This document shows positions 21,262 to 30,828 of a stretch of DNA of 64,000 nucleotides, one piece after another. Each line of letters starts with the position of its first letter. Position 1 is the stretch's first letter. The translations under genes were made by a program, and so were the position numbers. The stretch comes from an uncultured delta proteobacterium (GTDB taxonomy: Bacteria > Desulfobacterota > Desulfobacteria > Desulfobacterales > Desulfosalsimonadaceae): assembly GCA_963826785.1 (NCBI GenBank), contig CAWGYD010000006.1, positions 672,001 through 736,000 of the forward strand, read 5' to 3'. Below the pieces are notes generated by a model. The model did not search any database. It was not told the DNA's origin and worked only from the letters and a program-made list of their open reading frames with translations.

Positions 21262-22619
21262 AAATCATCATAGTGGGAGCGGGGCAGGTGGGGTTTCACA
21301 TCGCCAGCCGCCTGGCCTACGAGAATAAGGACGTGGTGGTCATCGACAAGAATCCCGAGTCCGTGAGCCATGTGGCGGAAAACATCGATGTGGAGGCCAT
21401 CGTCGGCTCGGGCTCCAGTCCCGTGGTCCTGGAAGAAGCCGGCCTGAAGGACGCCGATATTCTGCTGGCCGTCACCGACAGCGATGAAACCAACCTGGTG
21501 GCCTGCCTGATGGCGGACATTATTTCTCCCACCACCAAGAAACTGGCCCGCATCCGGCAGAAGGGGTACGATAATTTCCATCAGTTCCTTCAGGAGTCCG
21601 CTCCCCATATCGATACCATCATCAACCCGGAAATCGAGGTGGTCAAGACCATCGAGCAGTTCATGAGTGTTCCCGGGGCAGTGGACGTGGGGGAATTCGC
21701 CAACGGCCGGCTCAAGTTCGTGGGCCTTTATCTGGGCAAGGAAGCGCGTCTGGCCGGCATCCGTCTGTCCGAGCTGCCTGAAAAACTGGGGGAGCGTGCC
21801 CTGATTGCGGCCGTGATGAGGGAAGAGGAGCTGATCATTCCCCGGGGGGATGACCGCCTGTATCCCGGCGACCTGGTCTATTTCATCAGCGAGGAGAAGG
21901 GCCTTCCCTCTATATTGAAGGGGTTTGACAAGGAAATTCAGCCCATCCGGCGGGCGCTCATCGTTGGCGGCGGGCGGATCGGCCACCGGCTGGCCAAATC
22001 CCTGGAAAACCGCTCCATTTACACCAAGCTGATCGAAAAATCGCCTTCGCGTTCCGCGGACCTGGCCGAGCAGCTCAACAAGGTGGTGATCATCCAGGGG
22101 GACGGTTCGGACCAGAGCCTGCTTCAGGAGGAGAACATCCAGGAAATGGACGTGGTGATCACGCTGACCAATGATGAGGAGACCAACATCCTGGTGTCTT
22201 TGCTGGCCAAGCGGATGGGGGCGCGCAAAACCATCACCAAACTCAACAAGTTCGGTTACTTTTCCCTGATGGCCACTATCGGCCTGGAGCAGGTGGTCAG
22301 CACCCGGTTGTCGGCCATCAACACCATCCTGCAGCATATCCGGCGGGGCAAAGTGCTCTCCGCCCGGACCCTGACGGATGAACAGGCGGAAGTCTGGGAA
22401 GCCGTTGCCATGGAGACATCTGATATCGTGGGAAAACCACTGCACAAAACCGGCATTCCCAATGGCGCCCTGGTCATCGGTATCATCCGGGGGGATCAGA
22501 TCGAAATCCCCTCCGGTGAAAGCGTCATCGAACCTAATGACCGGGTGATCATCTTCGCCAAGCGCCAGGTGATCCCCAAAATCGAAAAAATTCTGGCCGT
22601 GAAGCTGGAGTTCTTTTAA
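21258..22619 (+). CDS. trkA: Trk potassium uptake system NAD-binding subunit
   Basis: Two RCK domains, IIIVGAGQVG and LIVGGGRIG. Confidence 0.95.
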   Translation: MKIIIVGAGQVGFHIASRLAYENKDVVVIDKNPESVSHVAENIDVEAIVGSGSSPVVLEEAGLKDADILLAVTDSDETNLVACLMADIISPTTKKLARIRQKGYDNFHQFLQESAPHIDTIINPEIEVVKTIEQFMSVPGAVDVGEFANGRLKFVGLYLGKEARLAGIRLSELPEKLGERALIAAVMREEELIIPRGDDRLYPGDLVYFISEEKGLPSILKGFDKEIQPIRRALIVGGGRIGHRLAKSLENRSIYTKLIEKSPSRSADLAEQLNKVVIIQGDGSDQSLLQEENIQEMDVVITLTNDEETNILVSLLAKRMGARKTITKLNKFGYFSLMATIGLEQVVSTRLSAINTILQHIRRGKVLSARTLTDEQAEVWEAVAMETSDIVGKPLHKTGIPNGALVIGIIRGDQIEIPSGESVIEPNDRVIIFAKRQVIPKIEKILAVKLEFF

Positions 22620-24068
22620 GTGCGCTGGCGCTATGTCTTCTACCTGGTGGGGATACTGGTCTTCTCCCTGGGGCTGCTCATGTCCCTTCCATTGGCCTTC
22701 GGGGTCTATTACCGCAATGGGGGGCTTTTTTCGCTGATCAATTCCATGGGGATCACCACGGCGGCCGGTGCACTGCTCGTCATTTTTTTCAGGGGCCCCA
22801 AAACCGAATACATCAGCCAGCGTGAAGGCATGGCCATCGTGGCCATCGGGTGGGCCGCGGTGGGGCTGTTTGCGGCGCTGCCGTTTTATTTTTCCGGCTA
22901 TTTTTCCTCTTTTGTGGATGCGTTTTTCGAGTCCGTGTCCGGGTTTTCCACCACCGGGGCCTCGGTTCTCGTGCTCATCGAAGGGCTGCCCGAAAGCATC
23001 CTGTTCTGGCGAAGCTTCATCCAGTGGCTGGGGGGGATGGGAATTATCGTCCTGTCCGTTGCCATACTGCCATTTCTGGGGGTGGGCGGGATGCAGCTGT
23101 ACAAGGCCGAGGTGCCCAGCCCGGTCCCGGACAAGCTGAAGCCCCGCATCCGGGATACGGCCATGATCCTGTGGAAGGTATACGCCCTGATCTCTCTGGC
23201 CCAGGTGCTGATGCTCCTGATCGGGGGGTTGAGTTTCTATGATGCCCTGTGCCACACCTTCACCACCATGCCCACCGGCGGATTTTCCACCAAGAACCTG
23301 TCCATCGCCCATTTCGACAGCCTGTATATCGATATCGTGTTCATGGCGTTCATGGTCATGGCCGGGATCAATTTTTCACTGCACTACCAGATGTTCAAGG
23401 GAAAACCGCTGGCCTTCTGGCGCGATTCGGAATGCCGCTTCTTTTTGTCCCTGGTCCTGATCTTTTCCCTCATGGTCAGCTTCGACGTATACGACAGCAT
23501 CTATGAAAGTGTTGCCCTGTCCTTGCGGCACGGGTTTTTTCAGGTAATCTCCATCATCACCACCACCGGATTTGCCACGGCCGATTTTCATTCGTGGCCG
23601 GCCATGTCCAAGCTGATCCTGCTGACCTGCATGTTTGTGGGCGCCTCCGCCGGTTCTACGGGGGGCGGCATGAAATGCATCCGGATCATGTGCTGCTTTA
23701 AATACTGCTATAAGGAACTGTTCAACCTGCTGCACCCCCATGCCGTCTCCCATGTCAAGATCGGCGGCAAGACCATATCCGATGATGTCATCCGGGGTAT
23801 ACTGGGATTTATGTTCCTGTACCTGGGGATTTTTGTCATTTGCGCGGTGCTGCTGGCCGGAATGGGGGTCGATTTTGTCACCTCGTTTTCAGCCGTCGCC
23901 GCCTCCATCGGCAACATCGGCCCCGGCCTGGGCATGGTGGGACCCCTTGGCAACTATTCGGAAATCCCGTCTGCGGGCAAATGGCTGCTCATCTGGTGCA
24001 TGCTCCTGGGCCGCCTGGAAATTTATACGGTCATCATCTTTATGGTACCGGAATTTTGGCGCAAATGA
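22620..24068 (+). CDS. trkH: Trk potassium uptake membrane protein
   Basis: FESVSGFSTTGAS, QWLGGMG, TGGFS, GSTGGG.K, GNIGPG, GRLE motifs. Confidence 0.95.
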   Translation: MRWRYVFYLVGILVFSLGLLMSLPLAFGVYYRNGGLFSLINSMGITTAAGALLVIFFRGPKTEYISQREGMAIVAIGWAAVGLFAALPFYFSGYFSSFVDAFFESVSGFSTTGASVLVLIEGLPESILFWRSFIQWLGGMGIIVLSVAILPFLGVGGMQLYKAEVPSPVPDKLKPRIRDTAMILWKVYALISLAQVLMLLIGGLSFYDALCHTFTTMPTGGFSTKNLSIAHFDSLYIDIVFMAFMVMAGINFSLHYQMFKGKPLAFWRDSECRFFLSLVLIFSLMVSFDVYDSIYESVALSLRHGFFQVISIITTTGFATADFHSWPAMSKLILLTCMFVGASAGSTGGGMKCIRIMCCFKYCYKELFNLLHPHAVSHVKIGGKTISDDVIRGILGFMFLYLGIFVICAVLLAGMGVDFVTSFSAVAASIGNIGPGLGMVGPLGNYSEIPSAGKWLLIWCMLLGRLEIYTVIIFMVPEFWRK

Positions 24069-24206
24069 TGAATCGGGGGAGCAAAACAAGACGCCCGATC
24101 CGGTAATTTATTTGAAAAAAAAACCATGGTGCCATATATTTTCTGTTGACACCCAAGAGAGAACCCGGTACAAAATCGGCTTTAACGTTGCTGGCATAGT
24201 ATGCTT

Positions 24207-24282
24207 GGGCCGTTAACTCAGGCGGTAGAGTATCTGCCTTTTAAGCAGAGAGTCGCTGGTTCGAGCCCAGCACGGCCCACCA
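24207..24282 (+). tRNA. tRNA-Lys (TTT)
   Basis: GGGCCGT acceptor stem, anticodon loop CTTTTAA, GGTTCGAGC T-loop, CCA end; TTGACA upstream at 24146. Confidence 0.95.
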
Positions 24283-24298
24283 ACAAAACAGACCATGC

Positions 24299-24376
24299 GT
24301 CCCCATCGTCTAGCCCGGTCCAGGACACCGGCCTTTCACGCCGGCGACAGGGGTTCGAATCCCCTTGGGGACGCCA
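24299..24376 (+). tRNA. tRNA-Glu (TTC)
   Basis: GTCCCCA...TGGGGAC stem, anticodon loop CTTTCAC, GGTTCGAAT, CCA end. Confidence 0.95.
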
Positions 24377-24462
24377 ATTATATCAAATGGTTAGCAAGTT
24401 TAACCGATCCTGAAACTGGCTGGAAACGGTTCTGGAAACGGTTTTGTTGCTGGCCATTTTTT

Positions 24463-24693
24463 TTAGACCGCCCGGGAGCGCTTTTCCAGGTGGCCTTGCA
24501 GGCTGATCACTTCAGCCCCTTTCCCGTTTGGGACTTCCAATACTGCCTCGTTTGCTTCTTTGACCGGCTTTCGCATATCACAAAGCGCCTCCAGGTGAAC
24601 CCGGGTATCCTCCAAGCCCAAGGATTTCAAATATCCCTCAGTGGTGGCTGCGCTTTGGTGACGAAGAATCGCTTGAATGGCACTGACCGGTTT
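24463..24693 (-). pseudogene. C-terminal remnant of a tyrosine integrase
   Basis: Manual translation PVSAIQAILRHQSAATTEGYLKSLG...RSRAV* shows the box II His and Tyr; not in the ORF track. Confidence 0.7.
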
Positions 24694-25219
24694 CCGATCA
24701 TTGCTGAACCAGCGTCATTAACGCCCAGAAGTCTCCCGTCATTACCGACAACTCCAAATCCAATTCCTGTGTCCCCATATCCGTCGGAATGCCAGGTTCC
24801 TGTTATTAGCCCCTGATTATCAACAACTAATCGACCTTCACCCCGATCATCGCCTTTAAATGTGCAGTCATACGTCCCAACAAATTCTGAAATTTTGTGG
24901 GGTATCTTACTCAGTCTTCTCTCCAGTATAATTATTATAAATGATTTTCAGGTTTGCGTTTCCGTCCACGCCTTCAACTGCACCGGACTGATCAATTTTC
25001 AAATATTCATAATCCCCGTTATTCCAGGCATAATAAATTTCGCCGTTTGCATTGACATTGCCTGAGATATAAATTCCAACCTCATAATTCATTGACCAGG
25101 CCATGCCTTCAAAGAAGCCATTCGCGTAACAATAAACACCCCAAACTCCTTCATCGGTACCGGTATATGTACCGGTGTAAACGCCCTGATAATCTGAGAC
25201 CGCAGCATTGCTTATGTAA
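24694..25219 (-). pseudogene. Fragment of a beta-rich, probably extracellular repeat protein, cut by IS1634 and fused to the integrase remnant
   Basis: Repeated YQGVYTGTYTGTDEG / FVGTYDCTFKGDDRG motifs; frameshift near 24907. Confidence 0.4.
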
Positions 25220-26989
25220 CCTGGATTCCCATCACCTCATAACGAGGAAGGCGGAACCACCCCGAGAATGTTGTAAAGTTCCTTTTGTTTCTTGGTGATT
25301 TCGCCCACACGCAAGTCTTTTCCGGGTCTGCCAAAGCACTCGATCACATCAAATTGATCCAGCAAGCCTTGAAGCGTGTACTTGCCAAACAAGTTGTTAA
25401 TCTGCATCGCTTTTTTGATACAGGACAAATATATCAGAGCTACGAATTGCACGAACATCTTCCCATCCAGTGATTGCTCTGACGAAACCAGCAACCTTCG
25501 CATGCTCAGGCGCTCTTTAAGATTACCAAACGCCTTTTCTACCAGATCCTTGTTGCGGTAGACATCAAGGGCCTTGATGGGATCTTTAATTTCATTGCTG
25601 ACAAGCGCGAAGTAACCATAGTTTCTTCTGGCCTCATCTATGGCTTCTTGTCTGGCAATGACCGTAATACCTCTTGCTGGTGTCTCATGGATTTCAAAAT
25701 ATTTATCATAGAGCTTTGAATTTTCGGGCTTCTTTTCGCCAGACTGCAATTCCTTTTGCAGTGCCAGCAACCGCCTCGTTTGTCTTTGTTCGTCTTCGGC
25801 AGCCCGCTCGCCGTTGAAATAAAGGTGGAGGTACATCCTCCGCTCGCCCCGGATGGTATCCCCTTTGTTGGGGCGCTGCTGGAGGTAATCCCATTTTATG
25901 GGAATGCATGTAGCAAATACTTCATGGTTCTCGCAGTAATTTGTCCATTCTCGCAAAGAGTGACGAACGCTATCCAGTTGCTCTTTTACAAACCTTAAAG
26001 AAAGCTTGGCTCCAATGAGAAATTTGTGGTGCTCTTTGTACAATTCATTGATGTTTTCGGCGCTGTAAAATCCCCGATCCATGACCAGATGAACCTTTTT
26101 CAGGTTGAGAAAATCCATATCTGCCAACATATTCCTGACGGTTTTGACATCGGTAACGTTTCCTGGCAGCTTGCGGTAATAAAACGGCAAACCTGATTCC
26201 TGGCCAAATACAAGGGCCAGATTGAGCTGCGCCAGATGATCGTGTTCCTTGTTCATTCCGTACCGGACCTGTTTCAGACACTCTGAGTAACTTGATACAG
26301 AGGTGATGTCGTAGGCCCAATATTCCTTCTCACAGCGCCGTGCTGCCTGGAGCTGGAAGAATCGATAGCGATCCTCTTCTGTGATGGATGCAAAAAGCTC
26401 ACTGCTTCTCTGGGATGGTATATCTTGCATGTGTGGATGTTGATGCAACGAAGACCATTTCGAAAAGCGACTCAGAGGGCTGTCTGCCTCAAGAATCAGA
26501 TAGTAGGCAAGTGAGATGATTTGCTTATAGCTGTGAGGAAAACACTGCTTCAGATCCGAAACAAGTCCAAGCCTATCGCCAAGAACATCAAGCAGGTAGG
26601 TGGCACCGTAAAATTTGCGGGAGGTTTCCGTGACAGGGACCGGGCCTCTCTTGGCAGCCCTCAGGGCGGTAATGCCTTTTTGGGATCTGTTTGTTGCTTT
26701 GGTCGGAATAATCTCTCCGGTGCTGTCATCTACTCGACCAATAAGGGTGCGTTTTGCCCTGGATTGTTTCTTTTCCTTATCCCAATGAGAAATCGATTCG
26801 TAGGCATATGTGATACCGGATCGCTTGTCATGCTGATGCACAATGGCCATAAACCCCCCTTAAACATCGTTATGTTACATTCTCACATAACGATGTTTAA
26901 GGCAAGGGAAAAATACAATTTATGCAAAATATTTGGTTTCTTACGATTGATAACCATGAATTTATCGTTACGATGATCGGGAACTCAGG
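25220..26989 (-). mobile_element. IS1634-family insertion sequence
   Basis: Imperfect terminal IRs CCTGGATTCCC / GGGAACTCAGG flank the transposase. Confidence 0.8.
25237..26850 (-). CDS. IS1634-family DDE transposase
   Basis: YAYES.S.WDKEKKQSR N-terminus; YDITS, VMDRGFYS and YRNKD.VEKAF.NLK motifs. Confidence 0.9.
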   Translation of the reverse strand: MAIVHQHDKRSGITYAYESISHWDKEKKQSRAKRTLIGRVDDSTGEIIPTKATNRSQKGITALRAAKRGPVPVTETSRKFYGATYLLDVLGDRLGLVSDLKQCFPHSYKQIISLAYYLILEADSPLSRFSKWSSLHQHPHMQDIPSQRSSELFASITEEDRYRFFQLQAARRCEKEYWAYDITSVSSYSECLKQVRYGMNKEHDHLAQLNLALVFGQESGLPFYYRKLPGNVTDVKTVRNMLADMDFLNLKKVHLVMDRGFYSAENINELYKEHHKFLIGAKLSLRFVKEQLDSVRHSLREWTNYCENHEVFATCIPIKWDYLQQRPNKGDTIRGERRMYLHLYFNGERAAEDEQRQTRRLLALQKELQSGEKKPENSKLYDKYFEIHETPARGITVIARQEAIDEARRNYGYFALVSNEIKDPIKALDVYRNKDLVEKAFGNLKERLSMRRLLVSSEQSLDGKMFVQFVALIYLSCIKKAMQINNLFGKYTLQGLLDQFDVIECFGRPGKDLRVGEITKKQKELYNILGVVPPSSL

Positions 26990-27624
26990 TTGCAAATGCA
27001 AAGAGCCGGCTTGATGCCGATTTTTTCTCTTCGTTGGCCATGTCCACGAGTGCAAATACTGGTGTTTTGGCATGATCCACATAATTGTCCGACCGTCGCA
27101 GCCGGAGGCGAGATAAATTCCGTGACGGCTTAGTTCCACCATCAGCTATTCCGCGCCTTCTCCTCCAAGTCAAAGAGTGGCCTTGTATAATGCCTTCCTG
27201 TTGGGACGAAAAACAGGGATTTCTGGGAAAAATAATTTTGGCTGATCATTGGTCATAACACGGGAATCAGGAAAATATCTATTTAACAAAGAAATCATGC
27301 CGGACAGAGGGCGATTCCATCATTATTAAAGTGGGCATTTTCGATCCAAATCTGTAAAGATTCGAAAATCTGTACTTCCCCGCGCAGATCATTACACTTA
27401 AAAATATGATTCTTTTTCTTTGCACATGAATTTTAAAATGGAAATTCAAACCGACAGTATTGCTAATTTTTTAAGGAATGCGGCATATCGATAACTTTGC
27501 GTATTCATAAGATGAAATGATGGGCACAATATGTTGTGGCAATGATTTTGCCATAGACCTGGATTGGTAAAAATCAAAAATCCTGCTGATGTGCTCGTTT
27601 TAGACGTGCTGAAATTTTCGGGAT

Positions 27625-27731
27625 TTTGCCAGCTGCATCAACAATCATCCCGTCTCTTCTGCACCACGAACATTGGATCCGGCAATCCTCGACACCTCTA
27701 TATCTATAATCGCCCTGCTGAGCCATAGCCA
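27625..27731 (+). repeat. ~100-bp array repeat R1 (degenerate)
   Basis: TTTGCCAG...CAATC...TTGGATCCGGCAATCCTC...CTGCTGAGCCATAGCC. Confidence 0.7.
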
Positions 27732-27818
27732 TTCGATATGATTGTTGGACGATAAAAACCATATAAATAGCCATATTTTAATATTGACTTAATCTCATAC
27801 ACCAACTATCTTTGAATC

Positions 27819-28112
27819 ATGGTAAAAAGATCCGATTTTGAATGGGATACAGTTAAAGACCAGCTTAATCAGGAGAAGCATGGAGTCTCCTTTGCGTTGG
27901 CGCAGCTTGCGTTTATGGACCATTATCGTGTCATCTTGGAAGATTTGGAACACAGCGGAGATGAAGAACGATATTACTGCCTTGGTAGGGTAGCAGAAGG
28001 AATAATGACCGTGAGATTCACTTACCGGAAAAATAAAATCAGAATCATCGGCGCCGGGTATTGGCGGAAAGGAAAACGAATATATGAAAAAGAAAATAAA
28101 ATACACAGATGA
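27819..28112 (+). CDS. brnT: BrnT-family toxin
   Basis: FEWD..K...N..KHGVSF, EERY..LG, VRFT.R...IRIIGA. Confidence 0.9.
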   Translation: MVKRSDFEWDTVKDQLNQEKHGVSFALAQLAFMDHYRVILEDLEHSGDEERYYCLGRVAEGIMTVRFTYRKNKIRIIGAGYWRKGKRIYEKENKIHR

Positions 28113-28311
28113 GCCAATGGGAAAGACCAAAGTTATTCCGGATTTTCTTCCTTCACCCGAAGAGCTCGCTTTGAAGGACGAAACCGTTAAGGTCACAATT
28201 GTGCTTAGCAAAACCAGCATTGATTTCTTTAAGAAGGAAGCAAAAAAATATAACACTCAATACCAGAAGATGATTCGCAGGCTTTTGGATGAGTATGCCA
28301 CTCATCAATAG
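28084..28311 (+). CDS. BrnA/CopG-like antitoxin
   Basis: DFLPSPEEL, VKVTI.LSK.SIDFFK, YQKMIR.LLD.Y; overlaps the toxin gene. Confidence 0.85.
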   Translation: MKKKIKYTDEPMGKTKVIPDFLPSPEELALKDETVKVTIVLSKTSIDFFKKEAKKYNTQYQKMIRRLLDEYATHQ

Positions 28312-28400
28312 TTTGCCATCACTGGTAGCAGTAATTTCGGCCTCCCTTCAAATTTGCACAATTGATTTGCCAAGTTATCCTTTTACCAGTCGGCCACATG
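28312..28400 (+). repeat. Array repeat R2 (left half only, strongly degenerate)
   Basis: TTTGCCATCACTGGTAGCA begins right after the antitoxin stop (compare CTTGCCATCCCCTGGCGCA in R16); TTGATTTGCCAA follows ~50 bp later. Confidence 0.4.
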
Positions 28401-28439
28401 TATGGCCTTGATGCAAATCTCAACAAAAGGAGGTCCGTC

Positions 28440-29275
28440 ATGCTACTTTCACAGGCAGTCAAGAATTTCATGGAGTACCAGAAGCTGAACGCGGGAAAAA
28501 AATACGGTCAAGAATTACGGACTCTTTCTCAGAAAATTTGATTTATATTTCAAAGATCAAGACGTCGGGTCAATCACACCAGATCAGATTTTTGAATTCT
28601 TGACCCAGGATACGCCAGGCCAGAAACAATCCACCAAGCGTTTCAAGTACACCCTTCTGAAAACCCTTTTCAATTTCATCAAGAATACCAGCGATCCCTC
28701 TTTTCTAAATCCCTGTGAATCATCGGTTTTGGGAAAGGCTTTTCGCGTCGCCAAAGGCCGCCAATGGGTCATCCTGGAAAAAGATGTGGTTGATGAAATC
28801 ATTTTCAGGACCGACAATCCAAGAAACCGGTTAATGCTCGAACTGATGGCCAGGGGCGGCATGCGGATTGGGGAGGTTTTGAAACTGAGGTCGATGGATG
28901 TCGACGGCTGCAAATTGTTTCTGATCAGCCCCAAGAGCGGCCGGCAGAATGAGGTGGTTTTCATCCCCAAAAAGGTTGCGGACCGGCTTAGGGAATATGT
29001 CCGGTCCAAAAAGGTTGCTGGAGGAAAGGGTTTTCCCGATGGGGTACACTGGCGCCCGACAAATCGTGAAGAAAGCGGGTAGACTGGTCGGAATCGAAAT
29101 GAGCCCTCATGATCTCCGGAGGCATGCGGCAACCTATGCAAGCCGGGCCGGCGCACCAATTGAAATCGTCAGCAAGGTCATTCTGCGGCATGCCAACCTG
29201 TCCACCACACAAAGATATTTGGGAAAAGTGAGCGATACCGAGGCAATTCGCTGGATCGACAACATCTTTAATTAA
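28440..29275 (+). CDS. XerC/D-like tyrosine recombinase (two frameshifts, ~28500 and ~29030)
   Basis: RBS AGGAGG; MLLSQAVKNF.EYQ / NTVKNY N-terminus; RGGMRIGE, HDLRRH and LRHANLSTTQRY catalytic motifs. Confidence 0.85.
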
Positions 29276-29280
29276 AATGA

Positions 29281-29314
29281 AAACCGGGGCATTTCTGAGG
29301 ATCTGCCCCGGTTT
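29281..29314 (+). terminator. Hairpin after the recombinase gene
   Basis: AAACCGGGGCA...TGCCCCGGTTT. Confidence 0.7.
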
Positions 29315-29380
29315 GCAAGATTGAAATCGCTATTGCTCAGAGAAGAATTTTGAGGATTACTGAAAGGCCATAGCTGAAGT
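29315..29380 (+). repeat. Array repeat R3 (right half, recombinase-proximal)
   Basis: ...GCTATTGCTCAG...AATTTTGAGGATTACTGAAAGGCCATAGCTGAAGT. Confidence 0.6.
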
Positions 29381-29626
29381 ACTCCACAACGATCCTCGCC
29401 CAGACATTCTGTTTCTTGAAATAAATCAAGAACAAGTCACATTATTTTTTGCTTCCCCCCATGCCTATATGAAATCTGTGATTTATATCGATTTCATATC
29501 TTGCTGTCTGTGCCTTTTTCCCGATTACACACCCTGCAACACAGGTTGCGCCTGGGCAAAGAAGGCATCAAAATATTTATAGCCCCGGCTCCAGTGGGTG
29601 TATGATTTTTTGAAAGGATGTGAGAC

Positions 29627-30658
29627 ATGGCCGTGTCTGAAAATGAATTTTCCCCGACGACGCGACTGGAAAATGGTTCGACCCCTAATAGGCCCGCATT
29701 ATATGTGACTTTGAGGCAGTACCGAAACCCGAGTACCCGGAAGGCCATCTGGCAATTGGCGAATACACTTCTTGCTTATGGGTTTTTGTGGTTGGCAATG
29801 ATCTGGTTAATCCGGAACGGCTATCATTATGGCTTTGTTCTGGCGCTGGCGGTGGTGGCTGCCTTGTTTCTGGTTCGGGTGTTTATCCTTTTTCATGATT
29901 GCGTCCATGGTTCATTGTTCCCCAAACAAAGCGCCAATACATTTTTCGGGCATGCGCTGGGGGTATTGGTGTTCACACCGTTTGACGACTGGCGTTTCAG
30001 TCATCTTAAACATCATGCGAGCTATGCCAACCTGGACGCTCGCGGGTTCGGCGATATCTGGACCATGACCCGAGAGGAATACGAAAATGCATCAAGGGCA
30101 AAACGATTGTCCTATCGCCTTTACCGTAATCCATTGATACTTTTTGGCTTCGGCGCGGTGTTCAGTTTTTTGCTGCGCTTTCGACTACCGGCACGATTGG
30201 CTACCCGTAAAGCGCGTGTGAGCGTCCTGTTTACCGATCTGCTCATCCTATTTGTCATTCTGATTGCGTCCTGGACGATAGGCTTGAGAACATATATTCT
30301 CATCCAACTGCCGGTGATCTGGTTGGCGGGGGCACTGGGAATCTGGTTTTTCTATGTGCAGCATCAGTTTGAGGGCGTATATTGGGCACGCAGGAGTGAT
30401 TGGGATGCATTGCGCGCAGCACTGGAAGGCAGTTCTTTCTACAAAGTGCCGGCAGTATTGCGCTGGTTTTCGGCTAATATCGGATATCACCATGTTCATC
30501 ACCTGAATTCACGGATTCCGAATTATTCGCTGAAACAATGCCATGACGCCGTGCCGGTCCTCAATAATAAGCCACCCCTCACAGTATGGAAAAGTCTATC
30601 CGGCATCCACCTGAAAATATGGGATGAAAAGAGAAAACAACTGGTCGGTTTCCCTTGA
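29627..30658 (+). CDS. Membrane fatty acid desaturase (Bacillus Des-like)
   Basis: His boxes HDCVH, HLKHH, QHQF, HHVHH; IPNY. Confidence 0.92.
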   Translation: MAVSENEFSPTTRLENGSTPNRPALYVTLRQYRNPSTRKAIWQLANTLLAYGFLWLAMIWLIRNGYHYGFVLALAVVAALFLVRVFILFHDCVHGSLFPKQSANTFFGHALGVLVFTPFDDWRFSHLKHHASYANLDARGFGDIWTMTREEYENASRAKRLSYRLYRNPLILFGFGAVFSFLLRFRLPARLATRKARVSVLFTDLLILFVILIASWTIGLRTYILIQLPVIWLAGALGIWFFYVQHQFEGVYWARRSDWDALRAALEGSSFYKVPAVLRWFSANIGYHHVHHLNSRIPNYSLKQCHDAVPVLNNKPPLTVWKSLSGIHLKIWDEKRKQLVGFP

Positions 30659-30704
30659 GTTGCGGGCAAGATTTATTTTAATCCGAACTTCTCATTCCAC
30701 CATG

Positions 30705-30809
30705 CTTGCCAGCCCCTGGCGCAATCCTGCTGCTTTTACCCATGGAAACTTGAACTGGCAATCCTCAGCAGGCCAATTTCTGCATTACTGTCCGGCCATA
30801 GCCGTAGTG
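30705..30809 (+). repeat. Array repeat R4
   Basis: CTTGCCAG...GCAATCC...CCCATGG...CTGGCAATCCTC...GCATTACTGTCCGGCCATAGCCGTAGTG. Confidence 0.9.
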
Positions 30810-30828
30810 GTGTTGCAATAATGGGGGT

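Noticed and set aside
21075..23312. 745-aa minus-strand ORF and other long antisense ORFs in the GC-rich core
   Set aside because: Shadow frames of trkA/trkH and other well-supported genes, with no motifs.
24201..24816. ORFs 24201-24413 and 24295-24816
   Set aside because: They overlap the tRNA genes and the antisense integrase remnant.
26990..27600. Short ORFs right of IS1634
   Set aside because: No recognisable motifs or RBS; probably remnant or intergenic DNA.
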